This document shows, in pieces, positions 28,656 through 40,700 of a stretch of DNA of 56,337 nucleotides (positions are counted from its first letter, which is position 1; every line of letters starts with the position of its first letter). The notes beneath the pieces were generated by a model. It had not been told where the DNA came from, did no database searches, and saw nothing but the letters and a program-made list of their open reading frames with translations. This stretch comes from a virus (lineage: Duplodnaviria > Caudoviricetes). The translations under genes were made by a program, and so were the position numbers. The stretch covers positions 1-56,337 of IMG/VR virus record IMGVR_UViG_3300047308_000211. One strand, 5' to 3'.

Positions 28656-29252
28656 ATGGAACCAGCAAAGATTAATTATAAAATTTACCAAGGCAGTACT
28701 TTTGAAGAGACTCTTCGCTGGGAGTCAGAAACAAAACAATATATGCCTATTTCAGGTATTACTACTGCAGCTCCTTGCGTAATTACTACTAGCGGTACTC
28801 ACACAGTGCCTGTAAATTGGCGAATACGAGTTACTGGTGTTACAGGTATGAAAGATATTAATACCGTTGCAGACGATGCATATTATCTAGTAACTAGCAA
28901 AACTTCTAACTCACTAACCCTAAACCAGGTAAATTCAGCATCATACGGAGCCTACACTAGCGGAGGTATCGTATCTTGGAACACCCCAATACCCTTAGCT
29001 GGATATACTGCACTAATGCAGATCAGAGAAACTATAGAGTCAACAACAGTTCTTGCCGAACTATCCACAGCCAATAGTCGGATTATAATTGATCCAGTAA
29101 ATTTTACTATTGCAATAAAATTATCAGCAGCAGTTACAGGTGCTTTTAATTTTGACTCAGCAGTTTATTCCATGGAATTAACAGATAATCAAGGAACCGT
29201 GTACCCTTTCTTAAGCGGAAGTATTAGCTTAACCAAGGAGGTTACACGATGA
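28656..29252 (+). CDS. Putative fibre collar/attachment protein (T5 p132/BppU-like) with FCCH-like insert
   Basis: IYQGSTF...GYTALMQIR...AVYSMEL...G.ISLTKEVTR frame, interrupted by ISGITTAAPCVIT...VTGMKDIN...YTSGG. Confidence 0.55.
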   Translation: MEPAKINYKIYQGSTFEETLRWESETKQYMPISGITTAAPCVITTSGTHTVPVNWRIRVTGVTGMKDINTVADDAYYLVTSKTSNSLTLNQVNSASYGAYTSGGIVSWNTPIPLAGYTALMQIRETIESTTVLAELSTANSRIIIDPVNFTIAIKLSAAVTGAFNFDSAVYSMELTDNQGTVYPFLSGSISLTKEVTR

Positions 29253-29512
29253 CAACAGAAATAATCATAACCGAAGTTAATAACGCGGTTGTAATTGAGC
29301 GCAAAGAACCAGCAGTTGTTTCTTCGCAATCACAAACTAAAGTAGTTGTAGGAGGCATGATTGGCCCCCACGTTACAACTTTAAACGGTTTATCAGATTT
29401 AGATATAACCAACTTAGCTGGCGGAAGCTTATTAGTTTATAATGCCGGAAATCAAAAATGGACTGCAACAACTCAGCTTAATCAGCAATCGGTCGATGCT
29501 GGTCAGTTTTAA
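29249..29512 (+). CDS. Small fibre adaptor protein
   Basis: L..LSDLDI....GSLLVYNA...KW fibre motif; C-terminal VDAGQF. Confidence 0.55.
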   Translation: MTTEIIITEVNNAVVIERKEPAVVSSQSQTKVVVGGMIGPHVTTLNGLSDLDITNLAGGSLLVYNAGNQKWTATTQLNQQSVDAGQF

Positions 29513-29524
29513 AGGAATATAATT

Positions 29525-31255
29525 ATGGCTTCTATTTTACGAATTAAACGCAGTGAAACCAGCGGTAACCCCGCGGTACTTGCAGCAGGTGAACTTGCAT
29601 ATTCGGCCCTACTAGATAATGGCTCAAATGGTGGGGATCGCCTATACATTGGTATGGGCACTGAAACTGCAGATAATGCTGTAAACCACATTATTATTGG
29701 TGGTAAGCGTTACACCGATATGGTTGACGCAGCTACTAGTGTTGGCACAAACAATACTATTGTTAAGCGTAACGGCTCAAATACTGCTTATTTAAACATT
29801 ATTGGTAATGTTACCGGTAGTGTTACTGGTGGTATCAGCGGAGATGTTACCGGCAACGTAATTGGTAATGTAACAGGTAATGTAACAAGTACGGGTGCAA
29901 GCTCATTTACTAATGCAACGGTTACGGGCGGAAGTATTAACGGTACTGCTATTGGCGCAACAACAGCGTCTACAGTTACTGGTACTACAGTTACTGCTAC
30001 TACAGGATTTGTAGGAAATGTGACTGGTAATATAACTGGCGATATATTTGCTAGTAACGGAACTAGTAAAATTTTAGATAATGGTACTGACGGTACTAAT
30101 GCGGTATTTACAGGTGCTTTAACAGGTAACGTAACTGGAAATGTTACTGGTAACGTAACTGGTAACCTTACAGGTAATGTAACAGGTAATGCAGACACTG
30201 CAACCAGTTGGTTAAATAGTCGTAATCTTAGCTTAACTGGTGATGCTACTGCTACTCTTGCAAGTGTTAATGGAGCAGCAAATGTTTCAGCGGCACTTAC
30301 ATTGGCAACTGTTAATAGTAATGTTGGTAGTTTTGGTTCTGCAACAGCAATCCCAGTAGTTACAGTTAATGCAAAAGGATTAGTAACTGCAGTAAGCACA
30401 GCTAATATTGCTACAACACTTAGTGTTGCTGGATCAACAGGAGCAGCAGGTAGTATAAGTTTATTAACAGATACTTTAAACTTTACTACTGGATCAGGTT
30501 TAAAAACTACTTTTAATGATGCAACAAATTCTGTGCTAATTGAAATGGACGGTGCTGCACAACTTAGCGCACTTACATTAACTGGTGCTTTATCTGCAAA
30601 TGCACTTACAATTACCACTACTCTTAATGCTGGTAATACAACAGTTAATGACATTGCTGTTAATGGTAACGCAATTGTTACTGGTAACTTGACAGTTAAT
30701 GGTACAATGACTACTGTAAGTTCTACAACAGTTACAATTGCTGATAAAAACTTACAACTAGCACCTGCTGCAGATACAGCAATTTTAAATGATGGTGGTG
30801 GATTAACATTAGGTACTACTCTAGGCGGATTTACAGCACCAACCTTAACATATTCAGCTATTGACAATCGTTGGAACTTAAATAAAGATCTTACGGTAGC
30901 CAATGTTTATGGTGCTTTAGTTGGTAATGCTTCAACAGCTACGACCTGGGCAACTGCTCGTAACCTTAGTTTAACTGGAGATGCCTCTGGAACTATTTCC
31001 AGCGTAGATGGATCAGCAAACGTATCTGGAGCACTTACATTAGCAACTGTAAACAGTAACGTTGGAAGTTATGGAAATTCAATAACAGTTCCTAACTTTA
31101 CAGTTAATGCAAAAGGTTTAGTAACTGCTGCCGGTAGTACAGCAATTCCATTCGCAACTACTAGCGTAAAAGGTCTAGCAAGTTTTGATTCTACTCAATT
31201 TTCGATTACTTCAGGCGCAGTTACTTTAGCACAAATTGACGGTGGATCGTTTTAA
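29525..31255 (+). CDS. Tail fibre protein (Mtd-N-like N-terminus, GNVT repeats)
   Basis: LRIKRS.....P..LAAGELAY start; tandem GNVT/GNLT repeats; duplicated RNLSLTGDA...TVNAKGLVTA; C-terminal IDGGSF. Confidence 0.75.
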   Translation: MASILRIKRSETSGNPAVLAAGELAYSALLDNGSNGGDRLYIGMGTETADNAVNHIIIGGKRYTDMVDAATSVGTNNTIVKRNGSNTAYLNIIGNVTGSVTGGISGDVTGNVIGNVTGNVTSTGASSFTNATVTGGSINGTAIGATTASTVTGTTVTATTGFVGNVTGNITGDIFASNGTSKILDNGTDGTNAVFTGALTGNVTGNVTGNVTGNLTGNVTGNADTATSWLNSRNLSLTGDATATLASVNGAANVSAALTLATVNSNVGSFGSATAIPVVTVNAKGLVTAVSTANIATTLSVAGSTGAAGSISLLTDTLNFTTGSGLKTTFNDATNSVLIEMDGAAQLSALTLTGALSANALTITTTLNAGNTTVNDIAVNGNAIVTGNLTVNGTMTTVSSTTVTIADKNLQLAPAADTAILNDGGGLTLGTTLGGFTAPTLTYSAIDNRWNLNKDLTVANVYGALVGNASTATTWATARNLSLTGDASGTISSVDGSANVSGALTLATVNSNVGSYGNSITVPNFTVNAKGLVTAAGSTAIPFATTSVKGLASFDSTQFSITSGAVTLAQIDGGSF

Positions 31256-31259
31256 TTAA

Positions 31260-31290
31260 GGGGAACTTCTATAAGTTCCCCATCCTTTTT
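31260..31290 (+). terminator. Hairpin / possible weak terminator
   Basis: GGGGAACTT-CTAT-AAGTTCCCC followed by ATCCTTTTT. Confidence 0.5.
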
Positions 31291-31300
31291 AGGGCTAACT

Positions 31301-34300
31301 ATGGCAACAAATAAGATTATTCTTAAGAAATCTGCGGTAACAGGGAAAGTACCCTTAACCACAGATCTCGAGTATGGCGAGTTAGCCGTTAATTACACAG
31401 ATGGCAAAATTTATTTTAAATCGTCTACAAACCAAATAAAATATTTTAAAGACATACTTAGGCTTGACGATTTATTAGACGTAAACATTGTAAATCCAGT
31501 AGTAGGACAATCACTACAGTATACTGGTACTGAATGGATTAATAGTAATAATAGCGGAAATATTCCGTTTAATGCAACTACAAGACAATATATAGCAGAC
31601 GGAGTAAATGTTACTTTTGCAATTAGCAGTGGTCTAGGTGCTAGTAATATTTTAGTTTTTATGGGCGGAATCGCCCAATCTACTAGTGATTACGCAGTAT
31701 TAAATAGTAATGTAATATTTAATACTGCTCCTCCAGTAGGACTACAAGTAGTAATTAGAGAAATATCTGGCTATGGAGAGGTAGGACCAACAGGTGCTGC
31801 TTCTACTGTTGTAGGACCTACAGGCCCTACAGGTGCTCAGGGTATTCAAGGTGCTGCATCAACAGTAGCAGGCCCAACAGGTATTCAAGGAATACAAGGT
31901 ATTCAAGGAGTTACAGGTCCAACAGGTTCACAAGGTATTCAAGGAATACAAGGTATACAGGGCGTTACAGGACCTACAGGTGCACAGGGTATTCAAGGCG
32001 GTACAGGTCCAACAGGTACTCAAGGTATTCAAGGAATACAAGGAATACAAGGAATACAAGGAATACAGGGTGTCACAGGTCCAACAGGAGCCCAAGGAAT
32101 TCAAGGTATTGTAGGGCCAACAGGTATTCAGGGTGATCAAGGAATACAAGGTATTGTAGGTCCAACAGGTACTCAAGGTATACAAGGAATTCAAGGAATT
32201 CAAGGTGTTACAGGCCCAACAGGAGCTCAAGGAATTCAAGGAATTCAAGGGCCAACAGGTATTCAAGGTATTCAGGGTGTTACAGGTCCAACAGGTATTC
32301 AAGGTCCGCAAGGTGTTCAAGGACCAACAGGAACTGCATCAACAGTAGCAGGTCCTACGGGAGCTCAAGGTCCAACAGGTTCAGAAGGAACAGGGTTTCC
32401 TTTTTCCATAGGTATTAAAAGATTTATTGGTAACGGTACTACAACAGCTTATACTATTGATAGTGGTTTTACTATCAATAATCTTATGGTTGCTGTAAAC
32501 GGCATTTTATTTGACCCAACTGTAGAATACACACTTTCCGGAACTACACTTTCATTTGCTACAGCCCCTGCTAATAATTCTGAAATTATTATAAGACAGA
32601 TGCGTGGAGACGGAGCTCAAGGTCCCACAGGTATTCAAGGTCCAACAGGTGTAGGTCCAACAGGTGCTCAAGGTATACAAGGTATACAAGGTATAACAGG
32701 CCCAACAGGTATTCAAGGTGTCACAGGACCAACTGGTGCTACAGGTCTTGGATTTGTAATAGCAAAAATATACGCTAGTGTTGCTGCTTTAATAGCCGAT
32801 ACTGCACCAACCGGAATTATTGCAGGTCAGTTTGCAATTATTGATACAGGTAATGTAGAGAATCCAGACGATTCAAAACTGTATTTATGGAATGGCACAA
32901 CATATACATACACAACAGACCTTAGCGGCGCTAGTGGACTACAAGGTCCTCAAGGTCCAACAGGTGCACAAGGTATTCAAGGAGCTGCATCAACAGTAGC
33001 AGGACCTACTGGTTCTCAAGGTATTCAAGGTATTACAGGTCCAACAGGTGCTCAAGGTATTGTAGGTCTAACAGGTATTCAAGGAATACAAGGTGTTACA
33101 GGACCAACTGGTGCACAAGGAATACAAGGTGTTACAGGTCCAACAGGTACTGAAGGTATTCAAGGTATTCAGGGTGTTACAGGTCCAACAGGTGCCCAAG
33201 GAATCCAAGGAATCCAAGGAATCCAAGGTGTTACAGGCCCAACAGGTGCACAAGGAATACAAGGTGTTGTAGGTCCAACAGGTATACAAGGTATTCAGGG
33301 AATACAAGGTATTCAGGGAATACAAGGTGTTACAGGACCAACTGGTGCTCAAGGAGCTACAGGAGCTGACTCAACAGTAGCAGGCCCTACTGGCTCACAA
33401 GGTATTCAAGGTATTACAGGCCCAACAGGAGCTCAAGGCAATCAAGGGCCTACGGGAGCAGCATCAACAGTAGCAGGACCAACAGGTGCTACAGGATCAA
33501 CAGGCTTACAAGGTATTGTAGGACCTACAGGGTCACAAGGTATTCAGGGTATTCAGGGCCCCCAAGGTATTCAAGGACCTATAGGTAACGGATTCCCTTT
33601 TATAATTACTACTAAAACCTATACAGGAGACAGCAGTACTACTAATTTTACTATTGATAGCGGATATACTGTTGACAGTATAATAGTTATCTCTAATGGT
33701 TTAGTATTAAAACCAACAACAGATTATACGCTAAGCGGAACAACATTAACGTTTACAACAGCACCCTTTATTGGTGAAGAAATTGTTGTTAGACAAATGA
33801 TTGGTGATGGCCCAACAGGCCCAACAGGCCCCTCAATTGATTTAACTAACGTTGTTGGCCATATTATTCCGTCACAGGATGGTGTACAAGATCTAGGCTC
33901 TTCCACTAAACGTTGGAGAACAGGTTATTTTACAGCAAATACCATAGATTTAGGCGGTACGCCTATTAGTGTTGCTAATGGATTTTTATCTGTTGGTGGT
34001 ACAAGTATTGGTTATGGCGCTACAGGTCCTACAGGTCCTACAGGTGCTCAAGGTATTCAAGGTGCTGTAGGAGCTGACTCAACAGTAGCAGGTCCTACAG
34101 GTCCTCAAGGTACTCAAGGTACTCAAGGTACTCAAGGTACTCAGGGTGCTCAAGGTATACAAGGTATTGCAGGAGCAATAGGTCCTACAGGCAATCAAGG
34201 TATTGCAGGAACAACAGGACCAACAGGACCAACAGGACCAACAGGTATTCAAGGTACGCAAGGTAATACAGGAGCAACAGGCCCTACAGGTAGTACAGGT

Positions 34301-35674
34301 CTTGGTTTTGCAATTGCAAAAATCTATGCTAGTGTTGCCGCATTAACTGCAGACACAGCTCCTACAGGAATTGTGGCAGGTCAGTTTGCAATTATTGATA
34401 CAGGAAGCGTTAACGACATAGATAATGCTAAGCTGTACCTTTGGAGTGGTTCAACATACACGTATACTACTGATTTAAGCGGTGCAAGCGGCATTCAAGG
34501 TCCCCAAGGTATACAAGGTTCACAAGGTATTCAAGGACCTACAGGCGCTGACTCAACAGTTGCAGGACCTACTGGCTCGCAAGGTATTGCAGGACCTACT
34601 GGCTCGCAAGGTATTGCAGGACCTACTGGCTCACAAGGTATACAAGGTATCCAAGGTGCACAGGGCGATCAAGGTATCACGGGTCCCACAGGTGCTCAAG
34701 GTATACAAGGTATTGCAGGTCCTACAGGATCACAAGGTGTTCAAGGTCCTACTGGTTCACAAGGTATTGCAGGACCTACTGGTTCACAAGGTATTGCAGG
34801 ACCTACTGGTTCACAAGGTACTACAGGCCCAACAGGTGCCCAAGGATTAGTAGGTTCTCAAGGTATTCAAGGTATTACAGGCCCAACAGGTGTACAAGGT
34901 ATTGCAGGGCCTACAGGCGCTCAAGGTCTTATAGGCCCAACAGGTGCTCAAGGTGCAAACGGTTTAGATTCAACAGTTGCAGGCCCAACAGGCCCTCCAG
35001 GCCCTCCTGGTACAGGTGGCAGTGGCGAAGGTAGTGTGGGACCTACAGGAGCTACAGGTTTAACGGGTCCAACAGGTGCTCAAGGTATTGTAGGTCCAAC
35101 AGGTGTTCAAGGTACTACAGGTACTACAGGTCCTACAGGTCCTACAGGATCACAAGGTGTTCAAGGTCCTACAGGTACTCAAGGTATTGTAGGACCAACA
35201 GGTGCTCAAGGTATTGTAGGTCCAACAGGTACTCAAGGATCCACAGGACCTACAGGTGTTACAGGTGCTCAAGGACCCACAGGTGCTACAGGAGTAGGTA
35301 CTACAGGTCCTACAGGGCCAGCAGGTTCAGCAACACTTTCACCAGCAACTACTACAGCTTTAGGCGGTATTAAAGTTGGCAGTAATTTAACAATAACTGA
35401 AGACGGTACACTAAATGCACTAGCTGGTGGTGGTGGTGGTTTATCCGACGCATTTAGCACTTTAGCAGTTAATGGGCAAACAAGTTTAGTAGCAACAGGA
35501 CAATCAACGTTACAAATTGTTGCAGGACCTGGTATTATAATTAATACTAATAATGCAATAAGTCCAAAAAGTTTAACACTAACAAGTACACTTCAAGGAA
35601 TCAATTTAGATGGCGGACGCCCTGATTCTGTTTATGGTGGTTTACCCTTAATTGATGGGGGAGGAGTAATTTAA
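31301..35674 (+). CDS. Collagen-like fibre protein
   Basis: Long Gly-X-Y tracts (GPT, GIQ, GAQ) interrupted by globular modules; N-terminal IILKKS....P...LEYGELAVN. Confidence 0.88.
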   Translation: MATNKIILKKSAVTGKVPLTTDLEYGELAVNYTDGKIYFKSSTNQIKYFKDILRLDDLLDVNIVNPVVGQSLQYTGTEWINSNNSGNIPFNATTRQYIADGVNVTFAISSGLGASNILVFMGGIAQSTSDYAVLNSNVIFNTAPPVGLQVVIREISGYGEVGPTGAASTVVGPTGPTGAQGIQGAASTVAGPTGIQGIQGIQGVTGPTGSQGIQGIQGIQGVTGPTGAQGIQGGTGPTGTQGIQGIQGIQGIQGIQGVTGPTGAQGIQGIVGPTGIQGDQGIQGIVGPTGTQGIQGIQGIQGVTGPTGAQGIQGIQGPTGIQGIQGVTGPTGIQGPQGVQGPTGTASTVAGPTGAQGPTGSEGTGFPFSIGIKRFIGNGTTTAYTIDSGFTINNLMVAVNGILFDPTVEYTLSGTTLSFATAPANNSEIIIRQMRGDGAQGPTGIQGPTGVGPTGAQGIQGIQGITGPTGIQGVTGPTGATGLGFVIAKIYASVAALIADTAPTGIIAGQFAIIDTGNVENPDDSKLYLWNGTTYTYTTDLSGASGLQGPQGPTGAQGIQGAASTVAGPTGSQGIQGITGPTGAQGIVGLTGIQGIQGVTGPTGAQGIQGVTGPTGTEGIQGIQGVTGPTGAQGIQGIQGIQGVTGPTGAQGIQGVVGPTGIQGIQGIQGIQGIQGVTGPTGAQGATGADSTVAGPTGSQGIQGITGPTGAQGNQGPTGAASTVAGPTGATGSTGLQGIVGPTGSQGIQGIQGPQGIQGPIGNGFPFIITTKTYTGDSSTTNFTIDSGYTVDSIIVISNGLVLKPTTDYTLSGTTLTFTTAPFIGEEIVVRQMIGDGPTGPTGPSIDLTNVVGHIIPSQDGVQDLGSSTKRWRTGYFTANTIDLGGTPISVANGFLSVGGTSIGYGATGPTGPTGAQGIQGAVGADSTVAGPTGPQGTQGTQGTQGTQGAQGIQGIAGAIGPTGNQGIAGTTGPTGPTGPTGIQGTQGNTGATGPTGSTGLGFAIAKIYASVAALTADTAPTGIVAGQFAIIDTGSVNDIDNAKLYLWSGSTYTYTTDLSGASGIQGPQGIQGSQGIQGPTGADSTVAGPTGSQGIAGPTGSQGIAGPTGSQGIQGIQGAQGDQGITGPTGAQGIQGIAGPTGSQGVQGPTGSQGIAGPTGSQGIAGPTGSQGTTGPTGAQGLVGSQGIQGITGPTGVQGIAGPTGAQGLIGPTGAQGANGLDSTVAGPTGPPGPPGTGGSGEGSVGPTGATGLTGPTGAQGIVGPTGVQGTTGTTGPTGPTGSQGVQGPTGTQGIVGPTGAQGIVGPTGTQGSTGPTGVTGAQGPTGATGVGTTGPTGPAGSATLSPATTTALGGIKVGSNLTITEDGTLNALAGGGGGLSDAFSTLAVNGQTSLVATGQSTLQIVAGPGIIINTNNAISPKSLTLTSTLQGINLDGGRPDSVYGGLPLIDGGGVI

Positions 35675-37131
35675 TGGCAATTCACGTTCAACTAAGACGC
35701 GGCACCGCGGCACAATGGGCTAGTATTAATCCTATTCTTGTAGAAGGTGAACTTTGCGTAGAATTAGACACAGAAAAGTTTAAGATTGGTAACGGAGTAT
35801 CCGCTTGGAACTCCTTACCTTACTCTTCAGGACCAACAGGTCCAACAGGAGCGCAAGGTGTACAAGGTAATGATGGTAACTTTGGCGGTGCATCATTTGA
35901 CTTCACATTTGATACTAGTGTAGCAAATAGTGATCCTGGACCGGGAAAATTAAAGTTCAATAACGCATCCCTCAATCTTGCAACAATAATGCGGATTGAT
36001 GATCTAGATGATACTTCATCGGATATTCAAGAGTATCTAAGAGGAATTAATAATTCTTCTGCTGCTATAAAAGGTCACTTTAGACTTTCTAAGAAGTCTA
36101 ATCTTTCAGTATTTGGATTATTTACAATAACTTCAATTTCCGAAGAGCTAGGTTTTTTCAATATAGCTTGTTCCTTTGTTAGTGGAAGTAGCAATACTCC
36201 TTTTGTAAATTCTGAAGATATACTTATTACTTTTGCTAGAACAGGTATTCAAGGTGCACAGGGTGCACAAGGAGCTCAAGGTATTCAAGGAGCTCAAGGT
36301 ATTCAAGGACCTCAAGGACCTATAGGCCTACAAGGTCCTCAGGGTGTTCAAGGCCTAAAAGGCGACCAAGGTATCCAAGGACCTATAGGTAACGGATTCC
36401 CTTTTATAATTACTACTAAAACTTATACGGGAAACGGTACTACAAGTACATTTCCTATATCTGCAAATCTAGGGGTTAATAATTTATTAGTAATTGTTAA
36501 TGGTGTAATATTAAGACCAACAACAGACTATGCAGTTTTTAATAATAATTTAGCATTTACAACAGCTCCTGCTAATACAAGTGAAATTGTAATTAGAGAA
36601 ATGATTGGCGATGGTCCTACAGGCCCTCAAGGTGCTGCGTCAATAGTACCAGGACCCCCAGGTGCTGATGGTACTCAAGGTCCTACAGGAGCTCAGGGTC
36701 TTCAAGGTCCTACAGGAGCTGCATCAACAATAGCAGGCCCTACAGGATCACAAGGTACACAAGGGCCAACAGGTCCTCAAGGTGTTGCAGGTACACAAGG
36801 ACTACAAGGTATTCAAGGACCAACGGGCCCAATAGGTACTACTCCTTATAGTATGGTAACAGAAGCTTTTACGGCAAATGGAAGTACAAATACTTTTACA
36901 ATTAATACTGGGCTAACTGTTAATACTATTTTTGTGTTAGTTAATGGTGTAGTATTAAGACCTACTACTGATTATACCGTTTCCGGAACTACTTTAACAA
37001 TTACTTCTCCGACACTAAATAGTGGAGCTCAAATAATTGTCCGAGAGCTATTAGGTGACACTGCCACTGCTCAACAACAAGCACAGATTGCTGCAGACGT
37101 ATCAACCGTCTATTCAATAGCGTTAGGATAA
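35674..37131 (+). CDS. Collagen-like fibre protein with Mtd N-terminal domain
   Basis: VQLRRGTAAQW...NPIL.EGEL..E.DT.KFKIGNG...WNSLPY (Mtd_N-like), Gly-X-Y tracts, C-terminal SIALG. Confidence 0.85.
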   Translation: MAIHVQLRRGTAAQWASINPILVEGELCVELDTEKFKIGNGVSAWNSLPYSSGPTGPTGAQGVQGNDGNFGGASFDFTFDTSVANSDPGPGKLKFNNASLNLATIMRIDDLDDTSSDIQEYLRGINNSSAAIKGHFRLSKKSNLSVFGLFTITSISEELGFFNIACSFVSGSSNTPFVNSEDILITFARTGIQGAQGAQGAQGIQGAQGIQGPQGPIGLQGPQGVQGLKGDQGIQGPIGNGFPFIITTKTYTGNGTTSTFPISANLGVNNLLVIVNGVILRPTTDYAVFNNNLAFTTAPANTSEIVIREMIGDGPTGPQGAASIVPGPPGADGTQGPTGAQGLQGPTGAASTIAGPTGSQGTQGPTGPQGVAGTQGLQGIQGPTGPIGTTPYSMVTEAFTANGSTNTFTINTGLTVNTIFVLVNGVVLRPTTDYTVSGTTLTITSPTLNSGAQIIVRELLGDTATAQQQAQIAADVSTVYSIALG

Positions 37132-37137
37132 AAAAAT

Positions 37138-37458
37138 ATGGCAACAATATTTATAAATGCAATATCAAGCAGTGTAGGCACTACTGAAGTAATTAGCTTT
37201 ACCGCTACCGATAAATCGATGATTATTGGAGGTAACATAACCAATCTTTTGACTACATCAGTACCTGTGAACGTAATACTTCGCAGGGGTACTACAGATA
37301 CGTATCTTCAAAAAAATAAACGTATTGAGGCAGGCGATGCTTTTGAAATATTCAAAGGCGCTAAACTAGTACTTGCAGCAGGAGATAAATTGGTTATCTC
37401 TTCTGGCGTCACAGCCAGTGTAGATGCTGTCTTTTCTATATTACAGGGGGTCTCATAA
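37138..37458 (+). CDS. Small virion structural/adaptor protein
   Basis: 106 aa, predicted beta-rich (KLVLAAGDKL); embedded in the fibre operon. Confidence 0.55.
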   Translation: MATIFINAISSSVGTTEVISFTATDKSMIIGGNITNLLTTSVPVNVILRRGTTDTYLQKNKRIEAGDAFEIFKGAKLVLAAGDKLVISSGVTASVDAVFSILQGVS

Positions 37459-37727
37459 TGGCTGGAACTTTTGAACCAGATACGTTTCTTGACACAGCTA
37501 CAGAAATAGCTGACAAAGTATTTTACGGTTTTAATTTTAACCCAGAAACTGGGAAATTATACATGAATATTATAGACGGCAATGAGCCCGTTAGTTTACC
37601 ACAACCAGTATATAATATAGATAGAAATCAATACCAAGCATGGTTTTGGACAAAGAACAGCGTACTATTTTACTGGGGTGATAATAGTACAGTATGGAAA
37701 AATAAATTATTAATGAGGATTCTATAA
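37458..37727 (+). CDS. Hypothetical fibre-associated protein
   Basis: 89 aa; translationally coupled on both sides (TAATG overlaps). Confidence 0.55.
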   Translation: MAGTFEPDTFLDTATEIADKVFYGFNFNPETGKLYMNIIDGNEPVSLPQPVYNIDRNQYQAWFWTKNSVLFYWGDNSTVWKNKLLMRIL

Positions 37728-40700
37728 TGGGACAAATTCTTGACTTAGGAAAATTACGCCTATCTTTTCAAGGCAACTGGGTATCAACTACTGTATATGA
37801 ATACAACGATTGCGTTCGCTACGGCGGAAATGTTTACGTTTACGTTTATCCTGTTAATGAAAGCGGCAATTTACCAACAAATACCAATTTTTGGTCATTG
37901 CTGGTAGAAGGTATTAAATTTAGGGGAGTGTATAGCGCTGCAACAGCTTATAAAGTTGGTGACGGTATTGCCTATGGTGGTAAAGTATATATTGCTATTG
38001 CTGATGGTAGCGCAAATACACCTCCTAATGCTACATACTGGTCTCAATTTGCTGATGGTATTCAATATGAAGCTAGCTACTCAGATGCTACCGCGTACCA
38101 AAGAAATGACGTTGTAACATACGGCGGATCAGCATATATAGCTAAAATAGATGGTACTGGAAATAACCCTATAAATGCAACTTATTGGGATAAACTAGTA
38201 GACGGTATATCTTTTGCAGGAGCATGGAACTCAGCAACAGCTTATGCTGTAGGAAGAATTGTTAGCTACGGTGCTAATACTTTTAAAGCAACTACTAACT
38301 CAACTAATCAAAATCCTACATTAACTAATGGTGCTTTAAACTCAAGTTACTGGGAAGTATTTACTGAAGGTTTCCGTACAAAAGGTGCTTGGGCAACTAC
38401 TACCGAATACTTTATAAATGACATTGTTATTCGTGGTGGAACAACTTATGTATGTGTTGTAAGACACACATCTGGAACTTTTGCTACTGATTTGTCTACT
38501 ACTAAATGGGTACGATTCGCAAGCGGTATTCAGTGGAAAAATGCTTGGTTAGCATCAACAGTTTACGTTAAAGACGATATTATTAAAGCTGCAACAGGCA
38601 GCGCTTATATAGCTATTCAAGATCATACTGCCGGCAGTGACTTTACCATTGATGTAACAGACGGTAAATGGCAAGTATTTGTAGCAGGTGGAGGAGACGT
38701 ACTGCCTGCTCTTGAAACAGGAGACAGTGGTAGAGCTTTAACGGTTAATGCAGCTGGTAATGCTATAGATTGGTTAGGAGCTACTGAAAGCCAAAATGTC
38801 AGATATGTAGCACCACATGGAACAGATACACCAACTAGTGGTAAGAATTTAGCTACTGCATACGCTTCTATTCGTTATGCTTGTGATAATATTGGCACTA
38901 ATGGTGGCACAATTTTTGTTATGACCGGTGTTTATAACGAGCAACTGCCTATTACTATTCCAGCAAACGTAGCTATTGTTGGAGATAATCAACGTACTGT
39001 AGTTGTTCAGCCTAAGTCTGGAAACAGTGACAATCCTTTGATTCCAAACAATCAAGCTACTATGTTCTTGATGAGTGATGGATCTATTTTAAACAAAATG
39101 ACGTTTAAAGGTATGACAGGGTGGGTCCCCGGAGCTACTGCTAATGATGTTACTACTTCTACTATAAAAGGCGTTGTAGTTAGACTTAACCCTGCTTCTC
39201 CTATTTTACTTAAATCCCCTTATGTACTAGAGTGTGCATTTATTGGATCTGGTGCTATTGGTGCTTTAATTGATGGATCAGTTCATACAAGCGGAGCTAA
39301 AACCATGATTTTTCATGGCTACACTGTTATTAGTGATAACGGTGTTGGCTACTGGGTTAAAGATGGTGGTAAAGCAGAAATTGTAAGTTGCTTTACTTAT
39401 TATTGCTATTTTGGATATACTGCAAGTGGTGGTGGATTTATTCGCGCACTTAATGGTAATAACAGCTATGGAACCTGGGGAGCAGCTAGTCGAGGATATG
39501 CAGCAGAGGAAACTGCAGTAGTTGGTACCATAATTGGTCAGCAACTAAACTTCTTGTATCAAGGCGGCAATATTGCAGCAGGTGATACAGTTACTGCTAG
39601 TTCTGGTGCAACAGCTATTGTAACCAACGTTCAAGCTAGTGCCAATAAAGTCTATGTTACTGCATCTACTGGTACATTTACACTTGGTAATACCTTAACA
39701 TTTACAAGTGGTGGCACAGGTACTGTAAGTGCAGGTGCTTTACAAGATCAAAAAGGTTTTGTACTCGTACTAACTGGTTTAACAGCACTGCCTCGTCCAG
39801 GTGCATCAATTAGTATTTCAGGCGACTCATACAGTTACGTTATACAAAGTGTAACAGGTACTTATGTTGATGCCTCAAGCAAAGTTGTTGTTGTACTAGC
39901 ACAAGAAAAACCCACTGGAAGTGCAAGTGGTACTGGTGTTACAATAAGATATAAATATTCGCAAATCCGTTTAACAGGACACGACTTTTTAAGTATTGGT
40001 ACAGGCGGAACAGCTACTACTAATTATCCAAATACACCTACACAACCAAGTGCTCAAGGCAATGAAGTTGACGAAGCATACCCAGGTCGTGTTTACTTTG
40101 TATCCACTGACCAAGACGGTAACTTCCGAGTAGGCGACTACTTTAAAATTGACCAAGCTACTGGACGTGCAACTTTAAATGCTAACGCATTCGATTTGGC
40201 AGGTTTAACAAGTTTAAAACTTGGTTCAATAGGTGCTCAACTTGGTGAAACTATTAATGAGTTTTCTGCTGATGCTACACTAAGCGGTGCTTCAAATACT
40301 GCTGTACCTACTGAATATGCTGTAAAAACTTATGTAGATACTAACCTTGGTAGCGTATCTGGTTCATTAAATTCAGTTCTTGGAGATGTTTATGAGTTTA
40401 CTTTGCCCAGTAACCAAACCTTTACAAACACTTCATACAGAGCTTCTTTTGTAACTGGTGGTTTAGGTTTTGTTTGGTCATTGACTGGTACACCCCCAAG
40501 TGGTATGACAATTAGCCAACTTGGTGTTCTGTCAAATGGTAGTGTGGCAATTACAGCAGGTACTTACAACTTTAACATTGTTGTTACTAGCGGAACCACT
40601 ATAGCCACTCGTTCAATAACCATTGTTTCGAGTGCACAGATCCCTTCGTTTAGTACGTCAGTGTTTCCTGGTTCATTCACTCCTGATGTAGCATTCACAG

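Noticed and set aside
29788-30903. 371-aa minus-strand ORF and other antisense ORFs (e.g. 3970-4458, 4570-5082, 12194-12850)
   Set aside because: Shadows of + strand genes with biased, repetitive codons; no recognisable motifs or RBS.
31780-35330. Dense 9-bp-unit repeats (also 49560-51030) that might look like a CRISPR array or VNTR
   Set aside because: They are Gly-X-Y codon repeats inside collagen ORFs; no repeat-spacer structure and no cas genes.
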